A DNA stretch of 39,256 nt from Sediminibacterium sp. (GCA_044341525.1 JBIIRN010000001.1:1-39256), one strand, 5' to 3'; positions 8,456-18,241 are shown, numbered from the stretch's first letter. Notes: a model not told the origin generated them from the letters alone. Numbers and translations are program-made.

Positions 8456-8956
8456 TTAATGGCGAGTGATCTGGGCCTTTAGCAATTTACGAGCAAAATG
8501 GATACGACTTTTAATAGTTCCCAGTGGTTCTTGCAGCATGTCTGCAATTTCATGGTATTTGTACCCATCAAAATAAAGCAGGAAGGGATTGCGGAATATC
8601 TCAGGCAGTTCGCTAATGGCCTGCTGAACTTCTTTCAGGTTGATGGTGGCTACTGCCTCGTTGGAAACAGTACCCTGCTGCACATTCAGCAGGAAATCAT
8701 TGGGGGTATGATCGAAGATGGTGTTCTGCTTGGCTTTTCTGCGGTAATTATTGATAAAGATATTCCGCATAATGGTGTATAACCAGGCCTTGATATTGGT
8801 ACCAACATTGTACTTGTCCTTATTGGCCAATGCCCTGAAAAGAGTTTCCTGGTAAAGATCTTTTGCAGCTTCCTGATCGTGTGTCAGTGTCTGTGCAAAT
8901 GGCTTAAGAAACTCGGCATTATTCAGCAAGAGACGGTTGAATTCTAACGTTGACAT
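8456..8956 (-). CDS. ECF RNA polymerase sigma factor associated with the carotenoid operon
   Basis: Region 2 DLYQET...KAWLYTIMRNIFIN and region 4 YHEIADML..PLGTIKSRIHFAR; ends 21 bp upstream of crtI. Confidence 0.93.
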   Translation of the reverse strand: MSTLEFNRLLLNNAEFLKPFAQTLTHDQEAAKDLYQETLFRALANKDKYNVGTNIKAWLYTIMRNIFINNYRRKAKQNTIFDHTPNDFLLNVQQGTVSNEAVATINLKEVQQAISELPEIFRNPFLLYFDGYKYHEIADMLQEPLGTIKSRIHFARKLLKAQITRH

Positions 8957-8963
8957 GGCCTTT

Positions 8964-8993
8964 TGTTTAATTTTAGAAACTCAAAGTTAAACA
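8964..8993. promoter_or_regulatory. Putative operator TGTTTA-N18-TAAACA (copy 1), overlapping a -7 box TAACTTTG (8982-8989, minus strand) of the sigma/crt operon
   Basis: Palindromic arms at 8964-8969 and 8988-8993; the same motif and spacing recur at 9081-9110. Confidence 0.55.
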
Positions 8994-9080
8994 TTTTTCA
9001 AATAGCAATCACATTATATTTTTTAATATATACTTTTTTATAATTGATTTTCAATCATATAAATATATCAATATAATAAT

Positions 9081-9110
9081 TGTTTAACAATTAGTCTAAA
9101 TTAATAAACA
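9081..9110. promoter_or_regulatory. Putative operator TGTTTA-N18-TAAACA (copy 2)
   Basis: Arms at 9081-9086 and 9105-9110 (extendable to TTGTTTA/TAAACAA) in the AT-rich spacer between the MerR and sigma genes. Confidence 0.55.
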
Positions 9111-9176
9111 AAATTCTGTTGAACAGATCACCTAACAATAGGGAGGTGACAAGAAAAAAAGGGGGGGAAATGAAAA

Positions 9177-10067
9177 TTAATCGACGAAGCGGGGTATTCC
9201 AAAATGATCCATCACTTCAATCAGCGACTTGCATATATGTATACTCGGCGGTACTTTTTTACCGTACTGCTGTGCCACAGCGCCGGAAATCATGATGCGA
9301 CGGTCGGGCATCCGATTATGAGCATTTATGATGAACTTGTCGAAATTGAAATTCGGTGCTACGGAAGTAAGGTGAGTAAATAATGTGGGTACATTTTTTG
9401 CATTGGCAATGAACTCAACATCTTTGAGTGGGATGTTGGCACCCAGATAGAAAACCTTGTGCCCGCGAGATTTGAGCAGATAATGCAGGAATAATAAGCC
9501 TACTTCATGGTGCTCCCCTTCCGGCAAGAAAAGGATGATGGGAGACTTGTTTTCAGGAACCATTCGTAATCCCTCAATTCCCATGATCAGCTTTTGCCGG
9601 ATAACATTGGTAGCAAGATGCTCCTGGGCCGGATTAATATGATTGGTCAACCAAAGAATACCGACTTTTTCAAGGAAAGGAAAGATGGTTTTGATAATAG
9701 CTTTTTCAACTCCTTTGGCACGAATATGCTCATCGAGTAAGGATTCAAAATGATCAATATTTACATCGACCATTGCCCCTACCAAATCATTGATCAGCTT
9801 TTCCTGTTGTGCTTCGGACTGAGAGAGCAGGGCAATTTTCTGCTGCATCTCTTCCGGCGTCATTTTATCGATTCGGGATATCTTATATCCGTATTTATTC
9901 AGGAGGGCAATATTGAGAATTGCCTTCAACTCTACATTGGAGTAGTGCCGAATATTGGTTTTAGAACGCTGCGGTGACAGCAACCCGTACCGCTGCTCCC
10001 ATATCCTGATTGTATGGGCTTTGATGCCCGACAAATTCTCCAGATCCTTGATGGTAAAGGTGTTCAT
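9177..10067 (-). CDS. MerR-family regulator with B12-binding domain (CarH/LitR-like photoreceptor)
   Basis: MerR HTH (FTIKDLENLSGIKAHTIRIWEQRY), W-x9-EH motif (GILW...QEHL) and ExH cobalamin motif (EGEHHEVG...YLG). Start at ATG 10067 (MNTF). Confidence 0.9.
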   Translation of the reverse strand: MNTFTIKDLENLSGIKAHTIRIWEQRYGLLSPQRSKTNIRHYSNVELKAILNIALLNKYGYKISRIDKMTPEEMQQKIALLSQSEAQQEKLINDLVGAMVDVNIDHFESLLDEHIRAKGVEKAIIKTIFPFLEKVGILWLTNHINPAQEHLATNVIRQKLIMGIEGLRMVPENKSPIILFLPEGEHHEVGLLFLHYLLKSRGHKVFYLGANIPLKDVEFIANAKNVPTLFTHLTSVAPNFNFDKFIINAHNRMPDRRIMISGAVAQQYGKKVPPSIHICKSLIEVMDHFGIPRFVD

Positions 10068-10154
10068 GCCTAAATAACACAACTCGCCTGAAATTGTTTG
10101 GAAACCCTCCATCAAGAAAAGGTGAGAAAAACTAATCTGCTGAAAATGAGGATA

Positions 10155-11012
10155 TTATCTTATGCGTCGCAGGTATTCCCCGTAACCGCTTTTGGCATAC
10201 CGATCGGCTAGCTGCATCAGCTGTTCACGTGAAATAAAACTCATCCGGTAGGCCACTTCCTCAATACAACCGATTTTTTGGCTCTGCCGCTTCTCAATTA
10301 CCCGCACGAATTCGCTGGCATCACTGAGTGAATCAAAAGTACCCGTGTCGAGCCAGGCAGTTCCCCGGTTCATAATGCCCACCTGTAATTTTCCCTGTTG
10401 AAGGTAAACACGGTTCACATCAGTGATCTCATATTCACCGCGGGGAGATGGCTGAATATTTTTAGCAATTTCCACGACAGAATTATCGTAAAAGTAAAGC
10501 CCGGGTACTGCATAATTGGAAGTAGGATGTGCCGGTTTTTCTTCAATGGAAATTGCTCTTTGTGTCTCGTCAAAAGTGACCACGCCATACCGCTCGGGAT
10601 CATTCACTTCATAAGCAAATACCGCAGCACCATCAATATTATTGAATGACTGAACGAGTTTGCTAAAGCCGGCACCATAGAAAATATTGTCCCCCAATAT
10701 CAAAGCCACTTTATCATGGCCAATGAATGATTCACCAATAACAAATGCCTGTGCCAGTCCGTTGGGTTTCTCCTGAACGGCATAAGAGAACTTACATCCC
10801 AACTCAGCACCATCCCCCAATAGTCGTTGAAACTGACTGCTATCTTCCGGCGTCGTGATGATCAGTACTTCCCGAATACCTGCAAGCATTAAAACTGAGA
10901 GCGGATAATAAATCATCGGCTTATCATAAATGGGCATCAGCTGCTTACTGATCCCTTTGGTAATCGGATACAACCTTGTACCGGAGCCACCTGCCAATAT
11001 AATTCCTTTCAT
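10155..11012 (-). CDS. rfbA: Glucose-1-phosphate thymidylyltransferase
   Basis: [44 protein letters not shown]. Confidence 0.97.
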   Translation of the reverse strand: MKGIILAGGSGTRLYPITKGISKQLMPIYDKPMIYYPLSVLMLAGIREVLIITTPEDSSQFQRLLGDGAELGCKFSYAVQEKPNGLAQAFVIGESFIGHDKVALILGDNIFYGAGFSKLVQSFNNIDGAAVFAYEVNDPERYGVVTFDETQRAISIEEKPAHPTSNYAVPGLYFYDNSVVEIAKNIQPSPRGEYEITDVNRVYLQQGKLQVGIMNRGTAWLDTGTFDSLSDASEFVRVIEKRQSQKIGCIEEVAYRMSFISREQLMQLADRYAKSGYGEYLRRIR

Positions 11013-11048
11013 AGATAGAGTTTTCGTTTCACAAACCGGGGTGAAGTA

Positions 11049-11609
11049 TTAAGCGAAATTAAGGGTATTGATCACCTCCTGCAACAGCGGCTGTTGTTGA
11101 TCTTTATCAGATAGAATCCGTCTGGCAGCAGGTGTTTGCCACTTAATTCCCAAAGCAGGGTCGTCATAATAGATACCACCCTCAGCCGCCTTGTTATAGT
11201 AATTATCACACTTGTAAAAGAAAACGGCTTGTTCACTCAACACTTCAAAGCCATGGGCAAAACCCCGTGGAATAAACAATTGAGTGGCATTCTCTTCCGA
11301 TAAAACAATACTGAATGACTGTCCGAAACTGGGAGATTCTCTTCTGATATCCACCACTACATCGAGCACACTTCCCCGCAAAACCCGAACCAATTTGGCT
11401 TGTGCATGAACGCCCAACTGAAAATGCAAGCCCCGAATGACCCCCTGCTGAGAGGAAGATTGGTTATCCTGAACAAAATTAACATCGACACCGGTCTTCT
11501 CTAGAAACCTTTGCCGATTATAACTTTCAAAGAAATAACCCCTGCCATCATTCAGCCGATGGTCATGAATAATCCAGCAACCAGATAAGGGTGTTGCTTC
11601 TACCTGCAT
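11049..11609 (-). CDS. rfbC: dTDP-4-dehydrorhamnose 3,5-epimerase
   Basis: DGRGYFFE, FVQDNQSSS, RGLHFQ, QAKLVRV, GFAHGF, YKCDNYY. Confidence 0.96.
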   Translation of the reverse strand: MQVEATPLSGCWIIHDHRLNDGRGYFFESYNRQRFLEKTGVDVNFVQDNQSSSQQGVIRGLHFQLGVHAQAKLVRVLRGSVLDVVVDIRRESPSFGQSFSIVLSEENATQLFIPRGFAHGFEVLSEQAVFFYKCDNYYNKAAEGGIYYDDPALGIKWQTPAARRILSDKDQQQPLLQEVINTLNFA

Positions 11610-11619
11610 GCGTTTGTAT

Positions 11620-12675
11620 TTATGATGGGTGATACATCTTTTCGTAATACTGCTGATAAGCCCCGGATGTTACCTGCTCGAGCCATGTCTTGTTGTCCAG
11701 ATACCAGTCGATCGTCCGACTCAATCCCTCTTCAAAGGTAACGGAGGGTTTCCAACCCAATTCCCGATTGATCTTACTGGCATCAATAGCATATCGAAGA
11801 TCATGTCCGGGTCTGTCTTTAACATAAGTAATCAATTGTGCAGAGGTTCCGGGATTGCGTCCCAGTTTTTCATCCATCAGGCGGCACAAAAGCTGAACTA
11901 AATCAATGTTCTTCCACTCATTAAATCCACCTATATTATAAGTATCCCCTGTTTTACCCTGATGAAATACTACATCGATGGCCCTGGCATGATCAATCAC
12001 ATATAACCAATCGCGCGTATTTTTTCCATCCCCATACACCGGTAGTGGTTTTTGATGAATGATATTATTAATGAAAAGAGGAATCAGTTTTTCGGGAAAA
12101 TGATAAGGTCCATAATTATTGGAGCAGTTCGATACCACAACCGGCAAATGATAGGTTTCGTGATAGGCACGTACAAAGTGATCGGAAGAAGCTTTGCTGG
12201 CTGAGTAAGGCGAATTAGGTGCGTAGGGTGTCTGCTCTGTAAATAGTCCGGTATCACCCAGGGTGCCATACACTTCATCAGTAGAAATATGATAAAACCG
12301 GTGAGCAGAAAGATTCTCTTTCCAATAAGTCTTGGCAACATTCAGCAAATTCACCGTTCCAATTACATTGGTATAAACAAAATCCAAAGGAGAGACAATC
12401 GAACGATCTACATGTGATTCGGCAGCCAGGTGCAATACATCAGTAATATCATGCTTCCTGAAAACTTCTTCCAAAGCCGGCACATCCAGGATATTCACTT
12501 TTTCAAAAAAATAATGAGCCGATTGTTCAATATCCTGAAGATTCGCGAGGTTACCGGCATAAGTCAGGCAATCAAGATTCACGATCCGGTAGTCGGGATA
12601 CTGCTGTACAAAAAGACGTACAACATGAGACCCAATAAAACCGGCTCCGCCGGTGATTAAAATTCTTTTGCTCAT
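11620..12675 (-). CDS. rfbB: dTDP-glucose 4,6-dehydratase
   Basis: [42 protein letters not shown]. Start is ATG 12675 (MSKRIL); the ORF-track extension runs antisense into the next gene. Confidence 0.97.
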   Translation of the reverse strand: MSKRILITGGAGFIGSHVVRLFVQQYPDYRIVNLDCLTYAGNLANLQDIEQSAHYFFEKVNILDVPALEEVFRKHDITDVLHLAAESHVDRSIVSPLDFVYTNVIGTVNLLNVAKTYWKENLSAHRFYHISTDEVYGTLGDTGLFTEQTPYAPNSPYSASKASSDHFVRAYHETYHLPVVVSNCSNNYGPYHFPEKLIPLFINNIIHQKPLPVYGDGKNTRDWLYVIDHARAIDVVFHQGKTGDTYNIGGFNEWKNIDLVQLLCRLMDEKLGRNPGTSAQLITYVKDRPGHDLRYAIDASKINRELGWKPSVTFEEGLSRTIDWYLDNKTWLEQVTSGAYQQYYEKMYHPS

Positions 12676-12789
12676 AGCCAAAATTTCCGTGCAAAGAAAC
12701 AATAAAAATGGCAGTTTTAAGCTTAGGTATTCCCCCCTATTTGCAGCCAATTGAACTATTAACCTTAATTTAGAATAGTAATTATATAT

Positions 12790-13941
12790 ATGCAGCAAAG
12801 ATTCTATTCGCTCGATGTTTTTCGGGGTGCTACGGTAGCCCTGATGATACTGGTCAATAACCCCGGCTCCTGGTCGCATATTTATGGCCCCCTGGCCCAT
12901 GCCGACTGGCACGGATGTACCCCTACCGACCTGGTTTTTCCCTTTTTTCTCTTTGCTGTCGGAAACGCCCTCGCTTTTGTTTTGCCGGGCATGGAGCAAA
13001 AATCAACCGGCTATTTTTTATCGAAAGTAATCAAAAGGGCCTTGCTTATATTTGCCATTGGTTTATTCCTGAACTGGAGTCCTTTTATCAAATGGGACAA
13101 TGACGTATTGGTTGCAAAGGCATGGAGCAATGTTCGCATACTGGGTGTACTGCAACGCATCGCCATCGCTTATTTACTGGCGGCCTTATTCATTTATTTT
13201 TCCCGTCCAAGAGGGGCCTTTGTAGTAGCCGGAATATTATTACTAGGGTATTGGTCGCTGTGCTTACTCCTGGGAGATCCCTCAGATCCTTATAGTCAGT
13301 CGGGTTGGTTCGGTACCCAGTGGGATTTGCAACTCCTCGGTGCTTCACACATGTATAAAATGAATGGAGTACCCTTCGATCCGGAGGGACTTGCCAGCAC
13401 CTTACCTGCTGTTGCTCAGGTGATGTTGGGTTATATGACCGGTGCTTTTATCAGGGAAAAAGGCAGTTCCTTTGAGATGCTGGCGAGATTACTGGTGGTG
13501 GGTTGTATCATGGTAGTGATTGGATATGGTTGGGATATGGTCTTCCCCGTCAACAAGAAAATATGGACGAGCAGTTATGTGATGTATACCAGTGGTCTGG
13601 CCATTTTGGTATTGGGAATCATGATGTATGCGCTGGACTGGAGCAATGAACGACCCGGCTGGAGTCGCTTCTTCAATGTATTTGGGAAAAATCCGTTGTT
13701 CATTTTTGTACTCAGCGGATTTTTACCGCGGGTGTTGGCGCTGTTTCGCTGGACAGATCATATTGGAGACAACGGTAAACCGGTTTATACTTCTGCGTTG
13801 CCCTGGCTCTACCAACATATCTTTAAACCGATTGCCGAAGATCAACGGGTAGGGTCGGCTTTGTATGCCATTGCCATGATACTCTTTTACTGGCTGATTG
13901 TATATTTCCTGGATAAAAAGAAAATCTATATCCGGGTATAA
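12790..13941 (+). CDS. Membrane acyltransferase, NagX / heparan-alpha-glucosaminide N-acetyltransferase (HGSNAT)-like
   Basis: [56 protein letters not shown]; many TM segments. Confidence 0.88.
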   Translation: MQQRFYSLDVFRGATVALMILVNNPGSWSHIYGPLAHADWHGCTPTDLVFPFFLFAVGNALAFVLPGMEQKSTGYFLSKVIKRALLIFAIGLFLNWSPFIKWDNDVLVAKAWSNVRILGVLQRIAIAYLLAALFIYFSRPRGAFVVAGILLLGYWSLCLLLGDPSDPYSQSGWFGTQWDLQLLGASHMYKMNGVPFDPEGLASTLPAVAQVMLGYMTGAFIREKGSSFEMLARLLVVGCIMVVIGYGWDMVFPVNKKIWTSSYVMYTSGLAILVLGIMMYALDWSNERPGWSRFFNVFGKNPLFIFVLSGFLPRVLALFRWTDHIGDNGKPVYTSALPWLYQHIFKPIAEDQRVGSALYAIAMILFYWLIVYFLDKKKIYIRV

Positions 13942-13958
13942 GGCCCGATTTTGCCTGG

Positions 13959-14426
13959 TCAGAGTGACCGAATCTTTCGGGCCGGATTACCTGCATATAC
14001 TCCCGGCTCAATGATATCCTTCGTTACCACAGAACCCGCGCCGATAACGGTTCCATCAGCTATGGTAACCGGTAAGATTGTCGCATTGCTTCCTATACTA
14101 ACCCGATTACCTATACGGGTGGGTTTCCATTTGGCCGGATCCCCCGATGGGCCCCCTTCCGAAAGTAAATCATTGGTGAACATCACTCCATGTCCAATGA
14201 AACAATCATCCAGTAAGGTCACTTTTTCGCAAATAAAACTATGTGACTGAATGCGGCAACGTTTTCCAATTACTGCTCCTTTTTGTATTTCAACAAAGGG
14301 GCCAATAAAAGAACCATCACCAATGCTGCAACCGTATAGATTAACGGGCGCTACCCAGGTCACATCAGTTCCCATTTGAACATCAACAATACCTGCTGCA
14401 TGAGAAGAAGGAGAAGGTGGCGTCAT
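13959..14426 (-). CDS. Hexapeptide-repeat (LbH) N-acetyltransferase
   Basis: Hexapeptide repeats (IGDGSF, IGKRCR, IGNRVS), GVMFTND, GAGSVVTKD, AGNPAR. Confidence 0.88.
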   Translation of the reverse strand: MTPPSPSSHAAGIVDVQMGTDVTWVAPVNLYGCSIGDGSFIGPFVEIQKGAVIGKRCRIQSHSFICEKVTLLDDCFIGHGVMFTNDLLSEGGPSGDPAKWKPTRIGNRVSIGSNATILPVTIADGTVIGAGSVVTKDIIEPGVYAGNPARKIRSL

Positions 14427-14453
14427 CAGCTTATGAATTACCCGGGGAAGACA

Positions 14454-15170
14454 TCAATGAAAGAAGTCATTCGCCATTTGTAAACTGCCGGGTTTTCCTA
14501 CATCCAGGTAACGGGTACCGGTATGATCATACCCAACTATTGGAAAATGATTGGCCAGGGAAAGATATACATCTATGATAGAAAACTTTCCCTGCTGGGC
14601 AATTTTACTGAAGATATCAGGGTTGATTACATGGAGTCCGCTAAATGCCTTGGGGATCAGGAACTGAGAATTCTTGACAATTTTTTCACTGAAGGGTTCC
14701 AATTGGCGCCAGCCCACCAGTGTTTGCTCTTCATCAAAAAGGAAATGTCGGTTACTCATCCGATCCGTGATGGCCAGGGTGACCAAGCCGCCCATATCCT
14801 GGTGGTGCTGGATGAATCGCTTAAGAGAGAAATCGGTTAATACATCTGCATTCACTGCCAGAAAGTAGGGCTCCCCCTCAAAAAACGGAGCTGCTTTCAG
14901 CAGGCCCCCTCCGGTATCCAATAAAGCTTCCGATTCATCTGAGATATGCACTTTACAACCCCATCCGTTGCTTTCTTCCACCGCCCGAATAATCTGATCA
15001 GCAAAGTGATGCACATTCACAACTACTTCCGTTACACCGGCTGTTTGCAAATATTCTATGTTCCGCTGCAGCAAGGACTTGCCATTCACCATCGCCAGCG
15101 CTTTGGGGTGCTCGTCAGTCCACGGTTTTAATCGTGTCCCGAGTCCTGCAGCAAATACCATGGCCTTCAT
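14454..15170 (-). CDS. Sugar-1-phosphate nucleotidyltransferase, MurU-like
   Basis: MKAMVFAAGLGTRLKPWT..PKAL, NVHHFADQI, LLDTGGGL, DVG; 238 aa with no LbH tail; directly downstream of an AmgK-like kinase. Confidence 0.85.
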   Translation of the reverse strand: MKAMVFAAGLGTRLKPWTDEHPKALAMVNGKSLLQRNIEYLQTAGVTEVVVNVHHFADQIIRAVEESNGWGCKVHISDESEALLDTGGGLLKAAPFFEGEPYFLAVNADVLTDFSLKRFIQHHQDMGGLVTLAITDRMSNRHFLFDEEQTLVGWRQLEPFSEKIVKNSQFLIPKAFSGLHVINPDIFSKIAQQGKFSIIDVYLSLANHFPIVGYDHTGTRYLDVGKPGSLQMANDFFH

Positions 15171-15221
15171 ACTAAGAAAATTAGTTCATTTCGAAGTTCT
15201 AATATACAATTTTTTTACTAA

Positions 15222-16664
15222 TCACTCTTTCACCCATCTTGTCTGGTTGCGGTGATTAACCTCTACCCTGACTTTATATTTATTGCGCAAGTGTCGGGCA
15301 GTTTGCTCAGCTGCATATACACTTCGGTGCTGACCACCGGTACAACCAAAATTAATCTGCAGGTGTTCAAAATCTCTTTTCAGGTAGGCTTCTACTTGAA
15401 TATCAATGATATCCCACACACTGTTCAGGAACTCAGTCATTCGGGTTTGCTGCTCCAGATAATCGATTACCGGCTTGTCTTTCCCGGTCTGGCATCGGTA
15501 AGTTTCCAATCTGCCGGGATTGGTGATTCCCCGCATATCGAAGACGAAACCTCCGCCATTACCTGAATCATCAACCGGCAACCCTTGTTTATAACTAAAG
15601 CTGTTAATCTGTATGCTCAAAGGAGTCTTTTCATTGGCCTGAATAGGTTCAAACCGGTCAATCATTACCGGAGCAATCAATATTTGAAGCAATCGGTCAA
15701 ACTCTGGTGTAACAATCCCTACCCGCTTGTTCAGAATAAAAAAACGAAGGTTTCTCATGGCCAGGGGAATACTGGCTAAAAAGTGAGCTTTCCGTTCGAA
15801 CAGGCCCCTGAACCCATAAGCCCCTAAAACCTGTAACAAGCGAATGAGAACATACCCATTGTACTGACTGACAAATGTGACCCGATCAATCGGTTGCTCG
15901 AGCAAGGGCTCCAGGGCATCCATATAATCATCCAATAAACCGGTTTTCCATTCATCACTCAGTTCAGCTTTCGCCTGCCAAAGCAATGAAGCAACATCAT
16001 ATTGAGGAGCACCTTTCATGCCGCCCTGATAATCGATAAAGAAAACCTCTTCTCCCTGCACATGTATGTTCCTGCTTTGGAAATCACGGAACATAAAAAA
16101 CTTATAATGGGTATGGGTCAGGTAATTGCTCAGCGCTTCAAAATCATCTAACAATGCCTGCTTGTCATAAGGCACCTGCAGGGTATCCAGGAAATAATAT
16201 TTAAAATAGAGCAAATCACTCATGATGGCCTGCTTGCCAAAAACTTTGGCGGTAATGCATTGATCATAATCCAAGCCCTTGTCGCCCAACACTTGAAGAC
16301 GAGCCAGTTGCACTAAGCTTTTTTGAAAGAGCTGATAGATGTGATCTGTATGGCCTTCCCTTTCGAGCAACTGAAGCAAAGAGTCAGGTCCGAAATCTTG
16401 CTGAAAATAAATAGTATGTTCAGCGTTCTGACCATAAATCTCAGGAACCGGAAGTCCTGCTTTTTTAAAGTGCTGCGTGAAATAAATGAAAGTGTCTGTT
16501 TCCTTTTTATTCTCGCTGTAGGTAGCGATAGTGGTACCTCCCGCATGGTGGAGGCGGAAATACATCCTGTCGCCTCCACTCTGAGGCAACTTTTCGATGC
16601 GCTCGGGCACCTTTCCGCAGATGCTGCTAAACTCTTCCCGAATGGCCTGTAAGACGGCTTCCAT
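15222..16664 (-). CDS. AmgK-like anomeric sugar kinase (APH fold) fused to a RapZ C-terminal domain
   Basis: N-terminal SGGDRMYFR, QDFG, FRDFQSRN, IDYQG, YDVASLL; C-terminal SFSYKQG, FVFDMR..TNP, GCTGGQHRSV. Confidence 0.88.
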   Translation of the reverse strand: MEAVLQAIREEFSSICGKVPERIEKLPQSGGDRMYFRLHHAGGTTIATYSENKKETDTFIYFTQHFKKAGLPVPEIYGQNAEHTIYFQQDFGPDSLLQLLEREGHTDHIYQLFQKSLVQLARLQVLGDKGLDYDQCITAKVFGKQAIMSDLLYFKYYFLDTLQVPYDKQALLDDFEALSNYLTHTHYKFFMFRDFQSRNIHVQGEEVFFIDYQGGMKGAPQYDVASLLWQAKAELSDEWKTGLLDDYMDALEPLLEQPIDRVTFVSQYNGYVLIRLLQVLGAYGFRGLFERKAHFLASIPLAMRNLRFFILNKRVGIVTPEFDRLLQILIAPVMIDRFEPIQANEKTPLSIQINSFSYKQGLPVDDSGNGGGFVFDMRGITNPGRLETYRCQTGKDKPVIDYLEQQTRMTEFLNSVWDIIDIQVEAYLKRDFEHLQINFGCTGGQHRSVYAAEQTARHLRNKYKVRVEVNHRNQTRWVKE

Positions 16665-16708
16665 GCAATACTCAGTTTCCTGCGAAAATAAAGGTTAGCC
16701 CTGAATTT

Positions 16709-18127
16709 TCAGGAGGTGATTCTTTTTTTAGAAAGATAATATAAAGGCATCCCTGCCAGTGTAATGCCAACTCCCAGCAGAGAATGGATCAGCCGGCTTT
16801 GACCCTGCAGGTATTGTTGAACATCGGTAATCAACGTTATAATTAAGAAGGAAGCCGTAAACAATACAAAAACCAGCGGAACAAAAGGATAGCCGGGGAC
16901 CCGGTAGGGACGGTCTGCCTCGGGGAGTCGCCGGCGCAGAATGATCACGCCCAAAACACTCATTCCATAAAAAAACCAACTGACGAATATCAGCATGTCT
17001 GTAAGAATATCGAAAGACCCTGATATAATTAATACTGCCGTCCAAAAACCATTGAGCCAAAGCGCATTGCCGGGCGTATGAAAACGGGGATGAACCCTTG
17101 CTGCCCAATTAAATGTGGCCTGCGAAGCCCCCCACGCAAAAGTGACCCGGGCCGTAGAGAGAATATTGCCGTTGGCTGCTCCGAGGGTTGAGATTACCAC
17201 CAATAGCGTGATGATCCAGGCACCTGTTTTGCCTAAGGCCACCAATGCCGCATCTGATGCTACCCAGCCGGAACCAGCCATTTGTTGAGGTGACAAAACA
17301 AAAGCAAAAGCTGCGTTCAATAATACATATACCAACAGACAGATGAGTAATCCTGAAAGTAAACTAAGTGGAATATTCCGGCGGGGATCCTTGATCTCAC
17401 CGGCGATGAAAGTAATATTATTCCAGCCATCATATCCCCAAAATGCACCTGACAGTGCTGCCATCCAGGCAGCGACGGCAGTCCAGCCAACGGGCTGTTG
17501 CGGTAAAGTTTCACTATAATGCTGTAAAGCTCCTGCAGGAGAATTAAACAAACCCAATACGAGTAATACAATAGCCAATAACTTAATCCAGGTCAGTAAC
17601 CTTTGCAGGGCTGCACTTCGCCCCAAACTGAAATAATTCAACCAGGTAAGTAACAATACAATACAGATGGTCAACAACTTTACACCCGCATTCTCCAAGG
17701 GTAAAATATCTCCGATAAAAGGTATGTGCCAAATAACGGACTGCACAGTTGCCGGCTGGAATCCGGGAAGGGGGATAAAATAACCCAGATAAGTAGAGCA
17801 AACATAAGCCACGGAAGCATTCCCTGCAGTATTGAATACAGAAAAGGCAGCCCATCCATATAGATAAGCGAAACGTTCTCCATAAATTTTCTTGAAAAAA
17901 ACATACTGTCCGCCCGTTTCGGGAAAAAGAGCTGCCAATTCAGCATTAGACAGGGCTCCAAACAAAGTTATGATACCCGCCAAAGCCCAGACTTCCAGCA
18001 ACCAGACCGGAGAACCTAATTGAGACATCATTAGCGCTGGTTTCATAAAGACACCGGAACCAATGATTCCACCGGCAACAATAGCGATGGTGGATGACAA
18101 ACCCAGCGTTCTGCGTAACCCTGACAT
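16709..18127 (-). CDS. APC-superfamily permease (LAT-like amino acid/amine transporter)
   Basis: LRRTLGL, IIGSGVF, AELAALFPETGGQY, YDGWNN..FIAGEIKDPRRNIP, RPYRVPGYP; about 12 TM segments. Confidence 0.9.
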   Translation of the reverse strand: MSGLRRTLGLSSTIAIVAGGIIGSGVFMKPALMMSQLGSPVWLLEVWALAGIITLFGALSNAELAALFPETGGQYVFFKKIYGERFAYLYGWAAFSVFNTAGNASVAYVCSTYLGYFIPLPGFQPATVQSVIWHIPFIGDILPLENAGVKLLTICIVLLLTWLNYFSLGRSAALQRLLTWIKLLAIVLLVLGLFNSPAGALQHYSETLPQQPVGWTAVAAWMAALSGAFWGYDGWNNITFIAGEIKDPRRNIPLSLLSGLLICLLVYVLLNAAFAFVLSPQQMAGSGWVASDAALVALGKTGAWIITLLVVISTLGAANGNILSTARVTFAWGASQATFNWAARVHPRFHTPGNALWLNGFWTAVLIISGSFDILTDMLIFVSWFFYGMSVLGVIILRRRLPEADRPYRVPGYPFVPLVFVLFTASFLIITLITDVQQYLQGQSRLIHSLLGVGITLAGMPLYYLSKKRITS

Positions 18128-18241
18128 TCACAATATTTGAATAAATATAAAGGAAAGAAAGCAGTCAACACTTGTATAATGGTAGTATCTTTATACCATG
18201 TGAATGAGAGATGATTCCGGAGTTCCATCCAAACCATCTAT

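Noticed and set aside
12676-12999. 108-aa N-terminal extension of RfbB in the ORF track
   Set aside because: It is antisense to the NagX-like gene; the recognisable protein starts at ATG 12675.
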